59,621 nt of DNA from a virus (taxonomy: Duplodnaviria > Caudoviricetes): positions 1-59,621 of IMG/VR virus record IMGVR_UViG_3300049926_000063; one strand, given 5' to 3'. This document shows, one piece after another, positions 56,530 to 59,621 of this stretch. Position numbers and translations under genes: made by a program. Each line of letters opens with the position of its first letter. The first letter of the stretch is position 1. The notes beneath the pieces are model-generated. The model was not told the DNA's origin. It ran no database searches and saw only the letters and a program-made list of their open reading frames with translations.

Positions 56530-56794
56530 GCTCGCCGTCAACCTCATTGAGCTTGTCACGGACATCTTTCCCAAGAGCGTCATCCAGATCAATCTTCATG
56601 CTCACATCTTTCGGGAGCATCTTGACCCAGAGGTGATAGAAGTCGCCGCGATTCTTCCGTCCCCAGTTGACAAGCGACTCCACACCGCCGAGTTCTTCAA
56701 ATGCAGTCTCCAAGGCTGTCTTTACCGAACTCGTGAGTTTGTTCGGCTTGCCCTTGCGACTACCCGCCAGCTTGTTTCCCTTTGCGAATGCCAT
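56510..56794 (-). CDS. Terminase small subunit candidate
   Basis: F.KGN..AG.RKGKPNK.T...AFEELGG...FY.L..K.LPK; directly upstream of terL. Confidence 0.75.
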   Translation of the reverse strand: MAFAKGNKLAGSRKGKPNKLTSSVKTALETAFEELGGVESLVNWGRKNRGDFYHLWVKMLPKDVSMKIDLDDALGKDVRDKLNEVDGEHGGQSG

Positions 56795-56800
56795 GTCTTT

Positions 56801-57226
56801 TCACGTCACTTTGACAATTCGCCGCAGTTCCCGTCCCGCCGCATCACTCGCTATTCGCAAACTCGCATACGGCCCCGGTAGATGCACTTCAACGCCCCGC
56901 TTGCGTGCCTTCACCGCCCACCCACCGGGCACCATGAAATACCACCGACAGCGAATGCGTACAGGGATATCGCCGCTCGCAATCATCGCTGTAATGGCTT
57001 CCCAAGGCGTCATCCCCGTCGCCCAGAGCGATCGGAACTTTTTCCCAACTACCGCTGCCTCTTTTGCTGTTCGGTAAGTGCCAAGATTGATCGATGGCAC
57101 TATCCTCTTCGGTCCAACGTTGACTCGCTGTTGAAAGTAGTCACTATCGAGGCGGATGCGCCGCACTCCCTTCGGCAGCCACGGCTCCCGCCATTCCCGG
57201 TGCGAGCAACGCATCAAATTCCCCAT
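56801..57226 (-). CDS. AP2-like DNA-binding protein
   Basis: LPKGVR...FQ.RV...INLGTY.TA.EAA; second degenerate repeat. Confidence 0.5.
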   Translation of the reverse strand: MGNLMRCSHREWREPWLPKGVRRIRLDSDYFQQRVNVGPKRIVPSINLGTYRTAKEAAVVGKKFRSLWATGMTPWEAITAMIASGDIPVRIRCRWYFMVPGGWAVKARKRGVEVHLPGPYASLRIASDAAGRELRRIVKVT

Positions 57227-57531
57227 CGTCCGCTCGTTGCTGCTCAGGATACCACATTCGTTCAACCGTGTTCTACACAATTTTAGGTGCTGTCCTAGCT
57301 TTGCGTTGCTGATTCGAGAGCCTTCCGCCGCTCGGCAAAGCATCGACTGCACATCTCCGGCATCGAATCGAGAATGTAAGTGGACTCAACGTCGAATGGA
57401 ATGCAGCCGTTGACGATTGGCAGTTTCGCGGCTTCTGCTGGTGAGACATTGAATCGGAAGAAGTTGCCCTCCGAAACAGTATCGCCAAGTTCCACGATGA
57501 TTGCTTCCGGCAGTTTCCCGTTCGGTAACAA

Positions 57532-57541
57532 CTCAAGCAGG
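57532..57541 (+). repeat. Target site duplication CTCAAGCAGG (left copy)
   Basis: Identical to 2342-2351. Confidence 0.88.
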
Positions 57542-57567
57542 GGCTTTGCCCATAAATGCCGGAATGG

Positions 57568-57605
57568 CAGGGAATTTATAGTCAGACCAGGGAATTTAAA
57601 GTCAG
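57568..57605 (+). repeat. Two 18-bp subterminal direct repeats CAGGGAATTTAWAGTCAG
   Basis: 57568-57585 and 57588-57605, one mismatch. Confidence 0.85.
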
Positions 57606-57642
57606 GCTTTCATTATTCTAGAGGCTCGGCTATCGGCGGAGA

Positions 57643-57942
57643 ATGAGGGTAAGTCTTTCAGCGGTGATGGCAGCATCGATTTGCCTGGCTTTGCTCCCAG
57701 GGTGCGGCACCGCCCAGAATATGACTCAGAGTTTCGAGGTGTACGGTGGGGTGAAACGGTCCGTTGCGAAATTGAAAGAGAAGCCGGAAGAGACAGAGGA
57801 AGTGCAACCGAAGAGATATCCGATTCCCGTTTATGCGGCGGATGTGGGGCTGTCGGCAATTGGGGATACTCTGACCCTCCCCATCACGCTACCGATTCAG
57901 ATTGTGGTTGGCATCTTCATCTCGATTGCTTATTTCACTTGA
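57643..57942 (+). CDS. YceK/YidQ-family lipoprotein (transposon cargo)
   Basis: Lipobox LPG|CGT; VYGGV; D..LS.IGDTLTLP. Confidence 0.82.
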   Translation: MRVSLSAVMAASICLALLPGCGTAQNMTQSFEVYGGVKRSVAKLKEKPEETEEVQPKRYPIPVYAADVGLSAIGDTLTLPITLPIQIVVGIFISIAYFT

Positions 57943-57945
57943 CGG

Positions 57946-59172
57946 CTAGACGGGGAACCGCACGATTCGCGGTTCCTCTTCCGTCCGGGTGAACCCCAAG
58001 TCGATCCCGAGTTCGTGCGTCTCGTGAATACAGACGACCACGTTGTGCGCCACGATCTTCGCCAGCACTTCGTTCTTGCAAGCCACGTCCGTCTTAGAGC
58101 GAACCGCGTCCCCGAACTTCCGCTTGATGGCGCTGAACGTGCTTTCGACGTTCGAACGGAGATGGTACTTCCGAAGGTACTCATCTCGGTTCAGCGTGAA
58201 CATGGCGTGCATCTTCTGCCAGATGCCGGGGCCGTTCTCGCCGCGTGAGTTCACTTTGAAGGCGAAGTACGGCACCGCCCCGAGTCCTTGCGTGAACTCC
58301 ATGTTCTCGAAACTCAGATAGCCCTTGTCGGCGCTCACTTCGTCCATGCGGAAGTTCGTCGCCGTGGTCGCGGCCAATTGCTTGAACAGGGTCGAGTCGT
58401 GCCCGCCGTCGATCTCGCACGCCATGACCGCGTTCGTCTTAACGCCCGTCATAATGTGGCACTTCACCCACTCCGCTTTCGTTCGCTCAACGCCATACTT
58501 CGCATCGTACCAGCGTGCGAACTTGTTCGTGCTGAACCCGGTGCTATCGGCGGCGAACTTCGTTTCGACCACGCGAAGAGGCAGGCTGGAACGGATCACA
58601 AGCTCCTTCAAGGTCTTCGTGGTGTTCGGGTCTTCCAGGGTCTTCGCAATCGAGTTGTAGTGCGGGGCCATGTGGATCAGGCCATCGTCGCGGGCGTTGT
58701 TCATATCCGTCTGGAAGCGCCGCCCGCTGAACCCACTGTAAACCTTGTAAATCGCAGCGAAGATCGCCGCATCGTAAGGCAGGGCAGGACGGCCGCGACC
58801 GCTGCGAGGCATCCACTCGATACCCTCGCAGAGATCGCCGAGCAGCTTGAGGAACAGACCCTTCTCGCGGGTCTGCGAAAGGTTGTACGCTTCCCAATTT
58901 TGGCGATATGTCGGGCGCGGTCCCGGTGGGGTTACGTCTTTCGCTTCCGGAATCGGCGTACCGCGATTGCGTTCGCGCACGAACTGGACCGCGAAGCAGT
59001 GTTTGCAGAACAACTGCCGTTCTTCGAAGTCCGGGCAGGTGCATTCCGTTCCTTCGTTGTTCACCTTGTAGCCGCCCTCATGGCTGGCAGACGGAACGTA
59101 GAAGTACGTTTTTCGCTGTTCGATCTTGGCTTTCGCCGCAAGCTCAAGACCTTTAAATTCTCGGGTGTCCAT
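57946..59172 (-). CDS. DDE transposase (IS5/IS4-superfamily) with N-terminal SWIM finger
   Basis: CTCPDF...CKH; RPTY.QNW.AYN; ADSTGF (D), SADKGY (D), YH.RSNVESTFS.IKRKFG (E). Confidence 0.9.
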   Translation of the reverse strand: MDTREFKGLELAAKAKIEQRKTYFYVPSASHEGGYKVNNEGTECTCPDFEERQLFCKHCFAVQFVRERNRGTPIPEAKDVTPPGPRPTYRQNWEAYNLSQTREKGLFLKLLGDLCEGIEWMPRSGRGRPALPYDAAIFAAIYKVYSGFSGRRFQTDMNNARDDGLIHMAPHYNSIAKTLEDPNTTKTLKELVIRSSLPLRVVETKFAADSTGFSTNKFARWYDAKYGVERTKAEWVKCHIMTGVKTNAVMACEIDGGHDSTLFKQLAATTATNFRMDEVSADKGYLSFENMEFTQGLGAVPYFAFKVNSRGENGPGIWQKMHAMFTLNRDEYLRKYHLRSNVESTFSAIKRKFGDAVRSKTDVACKNEVLAKIVAHNVVVCIHETHELGIDLGFTRTEEEPRIVRFPV

Positions 59173-59180
59173 GAACTCAA

Positions 59181-59195
59181 TTATGCTTGAGCGGT
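59181..59195. promoter_or_regulatory. 15-bp putative operator over the transposase promoter
   Basis: Overlaps a CATAAT box 7 nt before ATG; inverse of 1018-1032. Confidence 0.7.
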
Positions 59196-59220
59196 CATGA
59201 ATAATCGAGGTCAGTAGCGA

Positions 59221-59269
59221 ATGCTTTCAAGAAAGCATCGTTGACAAAATGCTATCTAGTTAGCACAAT
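59221..59269 (+). promoter_or_regulatory. P63C promoter with two TGCT-N8-AGCA palindromes
   Basis: TTGACA(59241)-17bp-CACAAT(59264); atgctttcaagaaagcat and tgctatctagttagca. Confidence 0.78.
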
Positions 59270-59299
59270 GTAGGGAAGTCCAAAACCGGGAGGAATCCG

Positions 59300-59621
59300 A
59301 TGAGCGAAGAGAAGAAAGTCGAAAACTCGATGGCATCACTCGGCGGCAAGGCGGCGGCGGCCAACATGACCGCCACCGAACGCCGTGAGCGGGCGAAACT
59401 GGCGGCTGAATCGAGATGGTCTGCAAAGCTACCGAAGGCAACGCACGGCGACGCGGATCATCCGCTTCGCATCGGGGAGCTGGAGATTAGTTGCTACGTT
59501 CTCGATGATGGTCGCCGAGTTGTCTCGCAACGCGGCTTTCAAGCGGGCATCGGGATGAACACCAGCGGGGGTGCGCAGCGTTTGCTCAATTTTGTGGGCT
59601 CTCTCGCCGAAAAGGGCATCG
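59300..59621 (+). CDS. P63C-domain protein, 5' part (continues across the origin)
   Basis: GGAGG RBS; MSEEKK...LGGKAAAANMTATERRERAKLAAESRW...LRIGELEISCYVLDDG in frame with 1-822. Confidence 0.88.
   Translation, partial: MSEEKKVENSMASLGGKAAAANMTATERRERAKLAAESRWSAKLPKATHGDADHPLRIGELEISCYVLDDGRRVVSQRGFQAGIGMNTSGGAQRLLNFVGSLAEKGI

Larger units (their letters stand above)
1..59494. mobile_element. Complete circular temperate phage genome (HK97-type head, non-contractile tail), probable Planctomycetota host
   Basis: Terminase, portal, protease, capsid, tail, integrase and replication genes all present; ends overlap by 127 bp and the P63C ORF reads through the junction in frame. Confidence 0.93.
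57542..59494. mobile_element. Left part of ~4.3 kb IS5/IS903-like cargo transposon
   Basis: TIR ggctttgcccataaatgcc (57542-57560), subterminal repeats, DDE transposase, TSD. Confidence 0.9.

Noticed and set aside
57295-57531. Gene interrupted by the transposon and continuing beyond 2351
   Set aside because: The reconstructed continuation is only the antisense frame of the AlbA_2 gene; no convincing joined protein
59495-59621. 127-bp end repeat as a biological direct terminal repeat
   Set aside because: Length equals a common assembler k-mer and it falls mid-gene; best explained as circular overlap

Overview
Complete circular genome (59,494 bp unique; positions 1-127 recur at 59495-59621) of a GC-rich temperate tailed phage. 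A TIGR02996 protein and other family signatures point to a Planctomycetota host, probably Gemmataceae. Layout: (i) a leftward early arm (~3.5-22.7 kb) with HerA-like ATPase, VRR-NUC nuclease, PP-loop/PAPS-reductase-like gene, replication initiator with iterons, AAA_24 ATPase, N4/N6 and bipartite C5 methyltransferases, AlpA and HNH; (ii) a divergent switch with a ribbon-helix-helix (RHH) regulator, putative attP and tyrosine integrase, followed by an autoregulated small-gene operon (22.8-28.1 kb); (iii) a leftward HK97-type head and non-contractile tail operon (57.3-35.3 kb), followed by a cassette of membrane and secreted proteins that has a papain-like protease but no recognisable endolysin. 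The most distinctive element spans the origin: a ~4.3 kb cargo transposon (57542-59494 + 1-2341). It has IS903-like terminal inverted repeats (TIRs), a perfect target duplication (TSD), arrays of subterminal repeats, a SWIM-finger DDE transposase and a P63C/small-protein module with shared operators. Its target site resembles its own operator. All family assignments come from reading motifs by eye; no database searches were run.
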